This document shows positions 11,369 through 22,595 of a stretch of DNA of 64,000 nucleotides, piece by piece. The stretch lies in assembly GCF_036507355.1 (NCBI RefSeq), contig NZ_AP027877.1. One strand, given 5' to 3'. Every line of letters begins with the position of its first letter. The stretch's first letter is position 1. The translations under genes were made by a program, and so were the position numbers. The notes under the pieces are model-generated. The model was not told where the DNA came from. It made no database searches and saw only the letters and a program-made list of their open reading frames with translations. This DNA comes from Escherichia coli. GTDB lineage: Bacteria; Pseudomonadota; Gammaproteobacteria; Enterobacterales; Enterobacteriaceae.

Positions 11369-13864
11369 ATGCTAACGATTCAATTTCTCTGTCCTTTGCC
11401 TAACGGTCTTCATGCCCGTCCGGCGTGGGAACTTAAAGAACAGTGCAGCCAGTGGCAAAGCGAAATCACCTTTATCAACCATCGCCAGAACGCGAAGGCG
11501 GATGCCAAGAGTTCACTGGCGCTGATTGGCACCGGTACTTTATTTAATGACAGTTGCAGCCTGAACATTAGCGGCAGCGATGAAGAGCAGGCGCGGCGCG
11601 TGCTGGAAGAGTACATCCAGGTGCGCTTTATCGACAGCGACAGCGTTCAGCCGACGCAGGCAGAACTGACGGCACATCCGCTGCCGCGTTCATTAAGCCG
11701 CCTGAACCCTGATTTACTGTACGGCAACGTGCTGGCAAGCGGCGTCGGCGTGGGTACGCTGACCCTGTTACAGAGCGACAGCCTCGACAGTTATCGGGCG
11801 ATCCCGGCCAGTGCGCAAGATTCCACCCGGCTGGAGCACAGCCTGGCAACGCTTGCCGAGCAACTAAACCAGCAATTGCGTGAGCGTGACGGCGAAAGCA
11901 AAACTATCCTCAGCGCTCATTTGTCGCTGATTCAGGATGATGAATTTGCAGGCAATATCCGTCGCCTGATGACAGAACAGCATCAGGGACTGGGGGCGGC
12001 GATCATCAGCAATATGGAGCAGGTTTGCGCCAAACTATCTGCTTCTGCCAGCGATTATCTGCGCGAGCGGGTTAGCGACATTCGCGATATCAGCGAACAG
12101 TTGCTGCATATCACCTGGCCGGAACTGAAGCCACGCAACAATCTGGTGCTGGAAAAACCGACTATTCTGGTGGCCGAGGATTTAACCCCAAGCCAGTTTT
12201 TAAGCCTGGATTTAAAAAATCTTGCGGGCATGATTCTGGAGAAAACCGGGCGCACCTCGCATACCCTGATTCTGGCCCGCGCCTCGGCGATCCCGGTACT
12301 GAGCGGCCTGCCGCTGGATGCGATTGCCCGTTATGCCGGGCAACCTGCAGTGCTTGACGCCCAGTGCGGCGTGCTGGCGATTAACCCGAATGACGCGGTG
12401 AGCGGTTATTATCAGGTCGCGCAGACGCTGGCGGATAAACGCCAAAAACAACAGGCGCAGGCTGCCGCGCAGCTGGCTTATTCCCGTGATAACAAGCGTA
12501 TTGATATCGCGGCGAATATTGGCACCGCTCTGGAAGCGCCTGGCGCGTTTGCCAACGGCGCGGAAGGCGTCGGGCTGTTCCGTACCGAAATGCTGTATAT
12601 GGATCGCGACAGCGCGCCGGACGAGCAGGAGCAATTTGAAGCCTACCAGCAGGTGCTACTGGCGGCGGGCGACAAGCCGATTATCTTCCGCACAATGGAC
12701 ATCGGAGGCGATAAAAGCATTCCTTATCTGAATATTCCCCAGGAAGAGAACCCGTTCCTCGGCTATCGCGCGGTACGTATTTACCCGGAATTTGCTGGCC
12801 TGTTCCGCACTCAACTGCGGGCCATTTTGCGCGCCGCCAGTTTCGGCAACGCCCAGTTGATGATCCCGATGGTCCACAGCCTCGATCAGATCTTATGGGT
12901 GAAGGGCGAGATCCAAAAAGCGATCGTTGAGCTTAAGCGCGATGGCCTGCGTCATGCAGAGACGATTACGCTGGGTATCATGGTAGAAGTGCCGTCGGTG
13001 TGCTACATCATCGATCACTTCTGCGATGAGGTCGATTTCTTCAGTATCGGCTCCAACGATATGACCCAGTATCTGTATGCGGTCGATCGTAATAACCCGC
13101 GCGTATCGCCGCTATATAACCCGATTACGCCATCGTTCCTGCGCATGTTGCAGCAAATAGTTACCACTGCGCATCAGCGGGGCAAATGGGTAGGCATTTG
13201 CGGTGAACTGGGCGGTGAAAGCCGTTATCTGCCGCTACTGCTTGGGCTGGGCCTGGATGAGCTGAGTATGAGTAGCCCGCGCATTCCGGCGGTGAAAAGC
13301 CAGCTTCGTCAACTGGATAGCGAGGCGTGTCGGGAACTGGCACGTCAGGCGTGTGAATGTCGCAGCGCGCAGGAAATTGAAGCGTTACTCACCGCCTTTA
13401 CGCCGGAAGAAGACGTTCGCCCGCTGCTGGCGCTGGAGAATATCTTCGTTGATCAGGCCTTTAGCAATAAAGAGCAGGCGATCCAGTTCCTGTGCGGTAA
13501 CCTCGGCGTTAACGGGCGCACTGAACATCCGTTCGAGCTGGAAGAGGATGTCTGGCAGCGGGAAGAGATTGTCACCACTGGCGTTGGTTTTGGCGTGGCG
13601 ATCCCGCACACCAAATCTCAGTGGATCCGTCATTCCAGTATCAGCATTGCCCGGCTGGCGAAACCGGTTGACTGGCAGTCAGAAATGGGCGAAGTCGAAC
13701 TGGTGATCATGCTGACGCTGGGTGCTAACGAAGGGATGAATCATGTGAAAGTCTTCTCGCAGCTGGCGCGTAAACTGGTGAATAAAAACTTCCGCCAGTC
13801 GTTGTTTGCCGCGCAAGATGCACAAAGTATCCTGACGCTGCTGGAAACAGAATTAACCTTCTGA
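11369..13864 (+). CDS. fryA: PTS multiphosphoryl transfer protein (HPr-EI-EIIA fusion)
   Basis: 831-aa ORF with HPr-like N-terminus, enzyme I PEP-utilising core and EIIA(Fru)-like C-terminus. Confidence 0.9.
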   Translation: MLTIQFLCPLPNGLHARPAWELKEQCSQWQSEITFINHRQNAKADAKSSLALIGTGTLFNDSCSLNISGSDEEQARRVLEEYIQVRFIDSDSVQPTQAELTAHPLPRSLSRLNPDLLYGNVLASGVGVGTLTLLQSDSLDSYRAIPASAQDSTRLEHSLATLAEQLNQQLRERDGESKTILSAHLSLIQDDEFAGNIRRLMTEQHQGLGAAIISNMEQVCAKLSASASDYLRERVSDIRDISEQLLHITWPELKPRNNLVLEKPTILVAEDLTPSQFLSLDLKNLAGMILEKTGRTSHTLILARASAIPVLSGLPLDAIARYAGQPAVLDAQCGVLAINPNDAVSGYYQVAQTLADKRQKQQAQAAAQLAYSRDNKRIDIAANIGTALEAPGAFANGAEGVGLFRTEMLYMDRDSAPDEQEQFEAYQQVLLAAGDKPIIFRTMDIGGDKSIPYLNIPQEENPFLGYRAVRIYPEFAGLFRTQLRAILRAASFGNAQLMIPMVHSLDQILWVKGEIQKAIVELKRDGLRHAETITLGIMVEVPSVCYIIDHFCDEVDFFSIGSNDMTQYLYAVDRNNPRVSPLYNPITPSFLRMLQQIVTTAHQRGKWVGICGELGGESRYLPLLLGLGLDELSMSSPRIPAVKSQLRQLDSEACRELARQACECRSAQEIEALLTAFTPEEDVRPLLALENIFVDQAFSNKEQAIQFLCGNLGVNGRTEHPFELEEDVWQREEIVTTGVGFGVAIPHTKSQWIRHSSISIARLAKPVDWQSEMGEVELVIMLTLGANEGMNHVKVFSQLARKLVNKNFRQSLFAAQDAQSILTLLETELTF

Positions 13865-13866
13865 CG

Positions 13867-14724
13867 TTAGCCCTGAAAACGGGTGCTGTACTCTCCCGGC
13901 GTCAGACCAAACTGACGCCGGAAAACGCGACAAAAATAGTCGCTATCCGGAAAACCGCAACGCTGTGCCACTTCATGAATTGACAGATGATATTTCTGCA
14001 AAATCATCCTCGCTTTCGCCATTCGCACCCAACGCACATACTCGATAAAACGCATCGTTCCATGCTGAGCAAACAGTTTTGACAGATGATTGGGCGTGAT
14101 ATTAAAAAACTGCGCCACGCTCTCGCGGGTGAGCGGCTGGGCATAATTATCCTGAACCCAGTTACAAATGCTGTGATAGAGAAAATCGCCGCGCGGCTGC
14201 GAATTGCCCGGCGGCATATTCACCACGTTACGGCAAAGATACAGCAAACTTAACACCAGCGGCTGAATGATATTTTGCTCCAGCGGCGAACGGCTAAGAT
14301 GGGTGAGGGCGGTAAGCATCGCTTCACCTTCACCGCGTTGCAGGCTGGGAAGCTGGATCTGGCGAGCAGGATGCAACAACGACGTGGTGCGGCTATCGTA
14401 AAACGATAACCCAAGCCAGGTCGGAGCGAACACCAGGCTTAACAGCATCACCGGTTTGTTGTTGACCGGTAAATTAGCCGCGCGCGCCGGAATAAACAGC
14501 ATTTCTCCTTCCACCAAACGTTGCTGCTTTGCTTCCAGCAGATTGCCGTATTCGCCGCGCAGCACGATATCCAGACGGGGAAAATCAATACATAAACTGC
14601 CCACCGGCAACGAGGCAGGCTGGCTGGCAAACCAGACGCGCCCCAGTAGTTGCGGGTTAAGCACCAGGCCGCTGAACAGATCGGCGAAAAATTGTTGATC
14701 GGCGGGCAAGCCTGGTGCTTTCAT
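13867..14724 (-). CDS. ypdC: AraC/XylS-family transcriptional regulator
   Basis: 285-aa ORF with C-terminal AraC HTH (…DYFCRVFRRQFGLTPGEY…). Confidence 0.85.
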   Translation of the reverse strand: MKAPGLPADQQFFADLFSGLVLNPQLLGRVWFASQPASLPVGSLCIDFPRLDIVLRGEYGNLLEAKQQRLVEGEMLFIPARAANLPVNNKPVMLLSLVFAPTWLGLSFYDSRTTSLLHPARQIQLPSLQRGEGEAMLTALTHLSRSPLEQNIIQPLVLSLLYLCRNVVNMPPGNSQPRGDFLYHSICNWVQDNYAQPLTRESVAQFFNITPNHLSKLFAQHGTMRFIEYVRWVRMAKARMILQKYHLSIHEVAQRCGFPDSDYFCRVFRRQFGLTPGEYSTRFQG

Positions 14725-14736
14725 GAAAGTTCCCGA

Positions 14737-15471
14737 TTAAAGATGCATTAACTGGCGAAATTCTTTTACTTTGCTGCGGCTGACTGGCACTTCAAAATCC
14801 AGATCTTTCAGCCGCAGAATATAGGTGTTATTAAACCACGGTTCGATTTCGCGGATTTTGTTCAGATTGACACAAAATGAGCGATGGCAGCGGAAAAAAT
14901 GCGACGGCGGCAGTTTGCTGCAAAATTCGGTAATGTTCATCGGCATTACGTAGGATTCACGCCGCGTATAGACAAAGGTCATTTTCTCGTGCGCTTCGGC
15001 GTAATAGATATCGTTAATTGGCGTGACGATGATTCGCTCATCTTTCACCAGATTAATGGTGTCATTCTCACGCGTTACCGTCGCGGCAGGCGTGCTGCTG
15101 GTCTGCTGTTGTTGCCAGGCCGCTTCCAGTTTTTGCAGCATCCCGGTAATGCGTGACTCCTGATACGGTTTGAGAATGTAGTCAAACGCCTCCAGTTCAA
15201 ACGCTTCTACCGCATGTTCTTTCCATGCGGTGATAAACACAATAAACGGTTTATGTGCGAACTGGCTGATGTTTTGTGCCAGCAACACGCCATCCAGCGA
15301 CGGAATATTGATATCCAGAAAAATGGCGTCGACGCGGTTATGCTGCAAAAACTTCAACACGTCCAGACCGTCGTCAAAGGTGCCGACAATCTCCATCTGG
15401 CTGTGCTCTTTAATTAGCCAGCTCAGTTCCTGTTGTGCCAGGAATTCGTCTTCAACAATGATGACTTTCAC
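14737..15471 (-). CDS. ypdB: LytTR-family response regulator (pyruvate-responsive two-component system)
   Basis: Receiver domain plus LytTR DNA-binding domain; likely GTG start at 15471 (MKVIIVEDE...); track ORF extends to a TTG at 15489. Confidence 0.85.
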   Translation of the reverse strand: MKVIIVEDEFLAQQELSWLIKEHSQMEIVGTFDDGLDVLKFLQHNRVDAIFLDINIPSLDGVLLAQNISQFAHKPFIVFITAWKEHAVEAFELEAFDYILKPYQESRITGMLQKLEAAWQQQQTSSTPAATVTRENDTINLVKDERIIVTPINDIYYAEAHEKMTFVYTRRESYVMPMNITEFCSKLPPSHFFRCHRSFCVNLNKIREIEPWFNNTYILRLKDLDFEVPVSRSKVKEFRQLMHL

Positions 15472-15485
15472 AATATCACTCCGGC

Positions 15486-17183
15486 TCAAAGCAATAACGT
15501 AGCCTGTGAGGCGACTGGGGTGCGTTGGTTAGGAATGTAAAACGCAATTTCCGTTCCTGGTTCCAGGCGGCGGATATGCAGCCCCTCGCCATACAATAAC
15601 TTCACGCGATGATGGACATTCAGCAGGCCAATTTTATTGCCCGGCATTTCATTCGCTTCGACCCGCTCAATCACCTTTGGATCGATGCCGTGCCCGGTAT
15701 CCCGCACGGCAATGCGTACCCGATTGCCGCACTCTGCAACGCTGATGGTGACAACGCCTTTACCTTTGCAAGGCTGGATACCGTGGACAATGGCATTCTC
15801 CACCAACGGCTGGATCAGCAGGCTGGGAATGCAGCAATTCACCTCTTCATCAATATCATAGATAACCGTGAGCTTGTCGCCAAAGCGGGCCTGCTCAATG
15901 GCAATATAGTCTTTAATTTGATACAGCTCTTTTTTGATATCGATTTGCTCATCGTCTTTTAATTCAATGTTATAGCGCAGATAACGCGACAGATTAAAGA
16001 TCAGCTGGCGAGCAGTATCCGGATTCAGACGGATTGACGATGAAATAGCGTTCAAAGCGTTAAACAGGAAATGGGGATTAATTTTGCTTTGCAGGGCGCG
16101 AAGCTCTGCCTTATTTGCCATTTCACGTAGCTGCTCGGCGCGTGAAACCTCCAGTTGCGTGGAGATGATTTGCGACAGACCAACCGCCATTTCCTGTAAT
16201 GACGAGGTTATCTGATGCGCGTGGCAGTAGTAAATTTTCAGCGTTCCGGTCACAACGCCTTTCTCCCACAATGGGATCACCAGCATGGAATGAATCTCTG
16301 GTGTGCGGTGGGCTTCATCATTGTTTTTAATGATGATTTTTCCGTAATTCATCGCCTGACGGGTAGTCGGGCTAATGAAGTCATCGCCATTCTGATAGTT
16401 ATGTTCACCCACGCCAACATAGGCCAGCACATGATCGGTATTGGTAATCGCCACCGCATCGGCGTGAATGTCATCGCGAATAATTTCACAAACTTTGCGT
16501 AATGACTCGCTATTGACATGGCGAAACAGAGGTAGCGTTTTGTTGGCGATATCCAGCGCCAACTTGGCCTGCCGCGCGGCGCTGGCCTCTTTTTCGCCCT
16601 CAACGCTTTGCACCAGAAGCACAATAAAGCCGATACAGACGCTGCCGAGGATCATTGGAATCCCGATTTTAGAGACGATATCGATCCCCAACGCGGTAGT
16701 TGGTGCCCAGACAATCACCAGAATCATGGTCAACGTTTCACACAACATGCCGCCGAGAATACCGACGCGCCAGCGCTGTGCTTTGGGGATTTTCAGGTTG
16801 ATCCAGCCCGATATACAACCCGCCAGAATGCTGGTGATAAAGCAGGGGATCGCCGTCACGCCGCCGATATCAATTAAATACCGGTGAATACCCGCAATCA
16901 CGCCGGTAATGATGCCCACCCACGGGCCAAACAGAATCCCGCCTGACATCACCGCGATAATACGTACGTTCACCAGCGAGCCTTCTACGGGAACGCCGGA
17001 CCAGGTGCTGAACAGGGCGAACAGCGAGAAAATGGCGGTAACGGCGAGCAACTCTTTCGGTGAGTGTGCCGACTTGTGCAACAGTTCGCGAAACAGGCGG
17101 ATACGGATGAGAAAGAACAGGCAGATAAGCATTAACGCTGCCCGATCGAAGACCGCCAGCAGCATGTTGAATATTTCGTGCAC
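15486..17183 (-). CDS. ypdA: LytS-type sensor histidine kinase
   Basis: 565-aa ORF; N-terminal 5TM-LytS domain, GAF, His-kinase/ATPase C-terminus; upstream of ypdB. Confidence 0.9.
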
Positions 17184-17559
17184 GGGTGACTCTGAATAAG
17201 GATTAAACCTCTATGATAGGTAACCTGAAGGCTGATGACCAGCAGGCCGTTTTTGAGGAAAAACCACAATTTTAAAAGGGGATTGATAGATAAATGGTGT
17301 ATTAGCAATGCATCTCTTGATAATGCACTTCTGGTTAGTAAATTTATTGAAATTATTATGTTAATAAAATGAGTGGTAATTTTCTTGTTAGCGCAGATAA
17401 ATTTCCTGTTTTTAAAGCAGAGTTCCTCATTTAACGTCATTAATAAAAATGTTCTAAAACGCTGGACAGACAGAAATTAATCAGGCTATTTTCAAAACAG
17501 CCACCATCGTGGCAGCGTCGCTCGGACGGTCCGGGCGCTAACGTTAATCTGAGGAAATT

Positions 17560-18798
17560 ATGGCTGACACTCGCCCTGAACGTCGCTTTACGCGCATTGA
17601 TCGTCTCCCGCCCTATGTTTTTAACATTACCGCTGAACTGAAAATGGCTGCGCGTCGGCGCGGCGAAGATATTATCGATTTCAGTATGGGTAACCCGGAC
17701 GGTGCGACTCCACCGCATATCGTCGAAAAATTATGTACTGTGGCCCAGCGCCCGGACACGCATGGTTACTCCACTTCACGCGGCATTCCGCGGTTACGTC
17801 GCGCCATTTCCCGCTGGTATCAGGATCGCTACGACGTTGAAATCGACCCGGAATCAGAAGCCATCGTCACCATTGGTTCGAAAGAAGGGCTGGCGCATCT
17901 GATGCTGGCGACGCTGGATCATGGTGACACGGTGCTGGTGCCGAATCCAAGCTACCCCATTCATATTTATGGCGCGGTGATTGCCGGGGCGCAGGTTCGC
18001 TCAGTGCCGTTGGTGGAAGGTGTCGATTTCTTCAACGAACTGGAACGCGCCATTCGTGAAAGTTATCCGAAACCGAAGATGATGATCCTCGGCTTCCCGT
18101 CGAACCCAACCGCGCAATGCGTGGAACTGGAGTTCTTCGAAAAAGTAGTGGCGCTGGCGAAACGCTACGATGTGCTGGTGGTCCACGACCTGGCCTATGC
18201 TGACATCGTCTACGATGGCTGGAAAGCGCCGTCAATCATGCAGGTGCCAGGTGCACGCGATGTGGCGGTCGAGTTCTTTACGCTGTCGAAAAGCTACAAC
18301 ATGGCGGGCTGGCGTATCGGCTTTATGGTTGGCAACAAAACGCTGGTCAGTGCGCTGGCACGTATTAAAAGCTATCACGATTACGGCACCTTTACGCCGT
18401 TGCAGGTGGCGGCGATTGCGGCACTCGAGGGCGATCAACAGTGCGTGCGCGACATTGCCGAACAGTACAAACGCCGCCGTGATGTATTGGTTAAAGGGCT
18501 GCATGAAGCGGGCTGGATGGTCGAAATGCCGAAGGCTTCGATGTATGTCTGGGCGAAAATACCGGAACCGTATGCTGCCATGGGCTCGCTGGAATTTGCC
18601 AAGAAATTGCTTAACGAAGCGAAGGTCTGTGTCTCTCCGGGGATTGGCTTTGGCGACTATGGTGATACGCATGTGCGCTTTGCACTGATTGAAAACCGCG
18701 ACCGTATTCGTCAGGCGATTCGTGGGATTAAAGCGATGTTCCGTGCCGACGGTTTACTACCCGCCAGCAGCAAACATATTCACGAAAACGCGGAATAA
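17560..18798 (+). CDS. alaC: Glutamate-pyruvate aminotransferase (PLP-dependent, class I)
   Basis: 412-aa ORF; aminotransferase fold with PLP-lysine motif ([12 protein letters not shown]). Confidence 0.9.
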   Translation: MADTRPERRFTRIDRLPPYVFNITAELKMAARRRGEDIIDFSMGNPDGATPPHIVEKLCTVAQRPDTHGYSTSRGIPRLRRAISRWYQDRYDVEIDPESEAIVTIGSKEGLAHLMLATLDHGDTVLVPNPSYPIHIYGAVIAGAQVRSVPLVEGVDFFNELERAIRESYPKPKMMILGFPSNPTAQCVELEFFEKVVALAKRYDVLVVHDLAYADIVYDGWKAPSIMQVPGARDVAVEFFTLSKSYNMAGWRIGFMVGNKTLVSALARIKSYHDYGTFTPLQVAAIAALEGDQQCVRDIAEQYKRRRDVLVKGLHEAGWMVEMPKASMYVWAKIPEPYAAMGSLEFAKKLLNEAKVCVSPGIGFGDYGDTHVRFALIENRDRIRQAIRGIKAMFRADGLLPASSKHIHENAE

Positions 18799-18818
18799 AC
18801 ACCGATCTCAGAAATGCA

Positions 18819-18846
18819 AACAGGAGCCTGATGGCTCCTGTTTTTC
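18819..18846 (+). terminator. Rho-independent terminator after alaC
   Basis: Hairpin CAGGAGCC-tgat-GGCTCCTG followed by TTTTT. Confidence 0.75.
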
Positions 18847-18862
18847 ATTGCACAGTTTGCTT

Positions 18863-18934
18863 TTAGATCATCAGGGCAAAAGTACCGGCCCAAACGATGA
18901 CCATAAAAGAAATGCCCATAAAGAAATATTTCAC
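18863..18934 (-). CDS. ypdK: Small membrane protein (23 aa)
   Basis: GTG-initiated ORF encoding (M)KYFFMGISFMVIVWAGTFALMI, matching recalled YpdK; single TM helix. Confidence 0.5.
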   Translation of the reverse strand: MKYFFMGISFMVIVWAGTFALMI

Positions 18935-19289
18935 TTTACATCTCTCCGCGTAATTGCTGTTACGCCTGAATGACTTCATTACACCTGATACAGTGAGTTG
19001 ACACCGGGCAAAACGACCTTAAAAGTCCTGTATTTTACCGTGGGCATCACCCCAGAATTCTGAGCTAAACTGCTCGAGACGGCGCTAATGTACGCCTAAA
19101 ACCGAAACGAGACAAGAGGCATTTTCTTATTTACTTTTAGTAACTTACAGGTGTCTCATATCGGCGACAGTTTAATTTCTGACGGTAATAATTAGAGATT
19201 CAGCGAAGGAAAAAACCTTAAGAAAAAAGCCATAAAAACCATGAAGTTATTATGGCTTATGTGAGGAGGTAAAGAGTCAGAGCAGTTTG

Positions 19290-20210
19290 TTAAATGTATA
19301 ACGACGATTCTCCCACCGGGCGCGTTTTAAAGCGACGGTGGATCCAGAGGTACTGCTCCGGTGCGCGCATGATCTCTTTCTCGATAATCTTGTTCATATA
19401 GGCAGCGGCTTGATTTTCATCTGCCGGGTAGCCTTCCATCTCTGGGGTGATGAACAAACGATATCCGCTGTAATCCGCTTTTCTTACCATCGTTACGGTC
19501 AACATGGCTGCGCCAGAGAGACGGGAGAGAACATAGGTGCCATTGGTTGTGGCGACATTTTCTACCGCAAAGAACGGCGCGAAGGAGCTGCCTTTACGAC
19601 CATAATCCTGATCGGGAGCAAACCATACCGCTTCACCTTTCTTCAGTGCACCGACAATGCCGCGCAGATTATTTCTGCCGATCATCGCTTTGTTAGAGCG
19701 CATGCGACCACGGGTCTGCACCCATTCCATCAGCTGATTATTATGTGGACGATAGGTGGCCATCATTGGCTGACAAAGTCCCATCACGCGGCCGCCCAAT
19801 TCCAGCGACATAAAATGGACGCCGACAACCATTACGCCGCGATTTTGCATTTGTGCGTGTTTAAGGTTATCCAACCCTTCAACATCAAACCATTTACGTA
19901 CGCGACTGTCGGGCCAGAACCATGCCATGCCGGTTTCTACCAGCGCCATGCCGAGTGAACGAAAGTTTTCGGCAATCATCTTCTCGCGCTCTTCAGCAGA
20001 ATGCTGCGGGAAACAAAGTTCCAGGTTTTTACGGGCGATAGATTCACGACGTTTCAGGAATGGTCGCGCCATTGTGCCGATACGCGTGCCGAGAAAGCAG
20101 AGAACAGGATAAGGAAGCTGTACCCAAAGCCAGAGTACACCAAGCCCAAACCATGTGAGCCAGTAGCGAGGATGCAGAAACTCGCGGGAAAATTTGCATT
20201 GTGGAAACAT
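19290..20210 (-). CDS. lpxP: Lipid A biosynthesis palmitoleoyl acyltransferase (cold-induced)
   Basis: 306-aa product from ATG at 20210 (MFPQCKFSREFLHPRYWLTWFGLG...); LpxL/LpxP acyltransferase family. Confidence 0.9.
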   Translation of the reverse strand: MFPQCKFSREFLHPRYWLTWFGLGVLWLWVQLPYPVLCFLGTRIGTMARPFLKRRESIARKNLELCFPQHSAEEREKMIAENFRSLGMALVETGMAWFWPDSRVRKWFDVEGLDNLKHAQMQNRGVMVVGVHFMSLELGGRVMGLCQPMMATYRPHNNQLMEWVQTRGRMRSNKAMIGRNNLRGIVGALKKGEAVWFAPDQDYGRKGSSFAPFFAVENVATTNGTYVLSRLSGAAMLTVTMVRKADYSGYRLFITPEMEGYPADENQAAAYMNKIIEKEIMRAPEQYLWIHRRFKTRPVGESSLYI

Positions 20211-20562
20211 AGTTACCTTCTGTAGATACGAATTGTTGTATCGCAGAAGATTCCATGTCGACAGCGGTACACTCAATTGATTAGGCCATCATGTACGACA
20301 ATGGTTCCTGTAAAGAGTGTAAAGACTAGTCAGGACATAACCACGAGGAGCATGAATGCGGTATCTGTACTTTATCACTCGCTGACTGCTTTCAGCTACT
20401 GATTATTAATCGTGCAAAGTAAATATTTTTCCGTACACAACAGTCTTGCATTTAACATGCTGTTTTCATTGATGCTTAGCAAAAATTGCCAGAGGGTAAG
20501 GATTGTCTTACTATTAAAGTGACTGAAGTTACAGGTTTTTTAGCGCGGCAGGAGGTTGAGCT

Positions 20563-20805
20563 ATGATTTATTTATGGATGTTTCTCGCCCTGTGTATTGT
20601 CTGCGTAAGCGGATACATCGGTCAGGTACTGAACGTGGTATCGGCGGTCTCTTCTTTCTTCGGCATGGTGATCCTCGCTGCACTCATTTATTACTTCACC
20701 ATGTGGTTAACTGGCGGTAATGAACTGGTGACGGGGATATTTATGTTTCTTGCCCCGGCTTGTGGCTTGATGATTCGCTTTATGGTGGGGTATGGCAGGC
20801 GATAG
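20563..20805 (+). CDS. yfdY: DUF2545 inner-membrane protein
   Basis: 80-aa ORF with two hydrophobic helices; synteny. Confidence 0.75.
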   Translation: MIYLWMFLALCIVCVSGYIGQVLNVVSAVSSFFGMVILAALIYYFTMWLTGGNELVTGIFMFLAPACGLMIRFMVGYGRR

Positions 20806-20881
20806 TGGGTCAGGATGGCTCATTTGGGCAGGTGTTCACATCAGCATCAGACATGATTGTTCACCTGCCATGTGACAGACG

Positions 20882-21157
20882 CTATCGCACAGGATGAATA
20901 AGATAATTCGCCTTTGTCGGAAAAGGGGGCGGAATTTCTTCTGTGAGGTTTAATGGTGGCGCATCTTCTCTCATTTTTAACAAAATCGCCTGTGATGGCT
21001 GAAATTTTGTAGAGTGAGTTGTCGTCATCGCTGACGTTTTTTCCGTCTCTTTATAGCTCGCCTCACTACCACCACCAGAAATAGAAAATGCAAAAACATT
21101 GCATGCCATAATAGAGACCAATAAAAATAAGCTAAAAAGCATTAAGTTTACTTTCAT
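20882..21157 (-). CDS. ypdI: Small lipoprotein YpdI
   Basis: 91-aa ORF; signal peptide with lipobox (…SIMAC); synteny. Confidence 0.7.
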   Translation of the reverse strand: MKVNLMLFSLFLLVSIMACNVFAFSISGGGSEASYKETEKTSAMTTTHSTKFQPSQAILLKMREDAPPLNLTEEIPPPFPTKANYLIHPVR

Positions 21158-21299
21158 AGAAAGTTATCCTGAAAATGGTTCACTGAAAACCTACGATGTT
21201 ATGGCTGTATTTACATTTAATTAATCAGTATTTACATCGATATAATAAATGACATCTCTTTGTGGTATATAAGAATAGTTCTCTGTGACAGGAAGCATA

Positions 21300-21317
21300 T
21301 TCCTACAATTGTAAGAC
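21300..21317. promoter_or_regulatory. EvgA box upstream of yfdX
   Basis: TTCCTACAATTGTAAGAC matches the EvgA inverted-repeat consensus TTCYTACA-N2-TGTARGAA at 17 of 18 positions; second half-site-like CTACAACTGTAAGA ~35 bp downstream. Confidence 0.65.
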
Positions 21318-21452
21318 TAAAATACTTCTTGCGATAATAACTACAACTGTAAGATAACCCTTTCAAAATGACCGTTGCTCTCTGATTTCTCATTTCATGC
21401 TCACCCAATATGATGGCGGCGTTTTCTAAAACTGTTAAAGAATGAGGTAAGT

Positions 21453-22085
21453 ATGAAACGTTTAATTATGGCTACGATGGTCACAGCAATTCTGGCATCT
21501 TCAACTGTATGGGCTGCTGATAATGCACCGGTAGCGGCACAACAGCAAACTCAGCAAGTTCAGCAAACCCAGAAAACGGCAGCAGCAGAGCGTATCTCTG
21601 AACAAGGTTTATATGCGATGCGTGACGTGCAGGTAGCGCGCCTGGCTCTGTTTCATGGCGATCCGGAAAAGGCAAAAGAACTGACCAATGAAGCTTCCGC
21701 TTTGTTGTCAGATGACAGTACCGAATGGGCAAAGTTCGCTAAGCCAGGTAAAAAGACCAATCTCAATGATGACCAATATATTGTCATTAATGCATCTGTC
21801 GGAATTTCTGAGAGTTATGTAGCAACACCCGAAAAAGAAGCCGCGATAAAAATTGCCAATGAAAAAATGGCGAAAGGGGATAAAAAGGGCGCAATGGAAG
21901 AGCTTCGCCTGGCCGGTGTTGGTGTAATGGAAAACCAATATCTGATGCCGCTTAAACAGACTCGTAATGCACTTGCTGATGCGCAGAAACTGCTTGATAA
22001 AAAGCAATACTACGAGGCAAACCTGGCGCTTAAAGGTGCGGAAGATGGAATCATCGTCGATAGCGAAGCACTGTTTGTGAACTAA
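21453..22085 (+). CDS. yfdX: Periplasmic protein YfdX (EvgA-induced)
   Basis: 210-aa ORF with signal peptide [21 protein letters not shown]; synteny. Confidence 0.9.
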   Translation: MKRLIMATMVTAILASSTVWAADNAPVAAQQQTQQVQQTQKTAAAERISEQGLYAMRDVQVARLALFHGDPEKAKELTNEASALLSDDSTEWAKFAKPGKKTNLNDDQYIVINASVGISESYVATPEKEAAIKIANEKMAKGDKKGAMEELRLAGVGVMENQYLMPLKQTRNALADAQKLLDKKQYYEANLALKGAEDGIIVDSEALFVN

Positions 22086-22327
22086 TGCTGACAGGCAGTA
22101 TATTGAGGTAAAGGATTTAACTCCCTCCAGCCGACAATTTTTTATGACCACAATACGACAGGTTGTGGTCATAAAATTATTTGGCGCTAGCGGTGCTATA
22201 AACTCGCATTTTATATTCCTCAAAGTAAACCGTAATAATCCCGTGTCATCACAAATCATTTATTATGTTATATTTTATGGTACGCTTAAAAAGCGTAATC
22301 ATACCCTTACTTGTAAATCACCGGCGC

Positions 22328-22345
22328 TTCTTACAGTTGTAAGAA
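22328..22345. promoter_or_regulatory. Perfect EvgA-type palindrome in yfdX-frc intergenic region
   Basis: TTCTTACAGTTGTAAGAA, exact match to the inverted-repeat consensus. Confidence 0.55.
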
Positions 22346-22595
22346 TAACATCACAAATGTCGCGACTCTCTCTGATTACCACGAACCAATATTTATCATA
22401 TTCTTCTTTTCGTCCTCACTACTTACCATGCAGAAAGGAATTGGAAGTAGCGATGAAATTATTTCCAGTACTTGATACAGGAATGTAAAAATATCGAGTG
22501 CAGCTACGACGATATTTTGCGGATTATTTATAGAGGCGTTATGCCTTAAATAAACGCTAAATTAACACATATTTAATTAACTAATAGGTATTGCT

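Noticed and set aside
22144..22488. 114-aa ORF in the yfdX-frc intergenic region
   Set aside because: Low-complexity AT-rich frame without RBS; the region more plausibly carries regulatory DNA, including the perfect EvgA palindrome.
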